NCBI GenBank assembly: GCA_002269645.1
Contig: NIVC01002828.1
Location: 1 to 43,870, forward strand
Direction: 5' to 3'
Length of the DNA stretch: 43,870 bases
From: Macrostomum lignano
Taxonomy: Eukaryota
Shown: one piece after another, positions 43,709 through 43,870 of the stretch
Position numbering within the stretch: the stretch's first letter is position 1
How the letters are laid out: each line of letters starts with the position of its first letter
Position numbers and translations under genes: made by a program
Notes under the pieces: model-generated
Database searches by the model: none
What the model was told of the DNA's origin: nothing
Seen by the model: only the letters and a program-made list of their open reading frames with translations

Positions 43709-43870
43709 TTCTTTACGATCCTGGAAATTGTCATCTCGGTGAGTTTCCGAAAGATTGTCGATCGTCGGAACTTTAAATAGATTGCTTTGTTGCTTAGAAA
43801 TAGTTTGTTGTTGTCTTTTGTTTTCTCGGAGACTGGACTTGCTTTAGAAGAGGTAGGAATGGGTGGATCT

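Noticed and set aside
1-43870. tRNA or rRNA genes
   Set aside because: No cloverleaf or A/B-box structure and no rRNA motif recognised. The only tRNA similarity is the 16-nt PBS-like site.

Overview
Eukaryotic (animal, probably invertebrate) genomic DNA; species cannot be determined from sequence alone. The first 4.5 kb holds a six-exon, intact + strand gene for an axonemal dynein WD40 intermediate chain (DNAI3/WDR63-like, 954 aa). From about 4.9 kb to the end the window is a dense nest of transposons: PIF/Harbinger elements chained end to end, four Crypton-type tyrosine-recombinase remnants, a near-intact piggyBac, a mariner, seven IS630/Tc1-like elements, P/hAT-like MITEs and Ty3/Gypsy fragments. 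The last 5 kb is the 3' part of an LTR retroelement: an env-like glycoprotein ORF, two tandem double-RING ORFs, a polypurine tract and an LTR. The strongest leads are (1) this retroelement with apparent ubiquitin-ligase accessory genes and splice signals, (2) a 16-of-17 minus-strand bias of transposon ORFs just downstream of a + strand gene, resembling a uni-strand piRNA cluster, (3) an octamer CCATAGAC found 27 times across unrelated transposon families and bracketing the recombinase genes, and (4) a 14.8-kb composite Harbinger unit. All coordinates and counts were read by hand.
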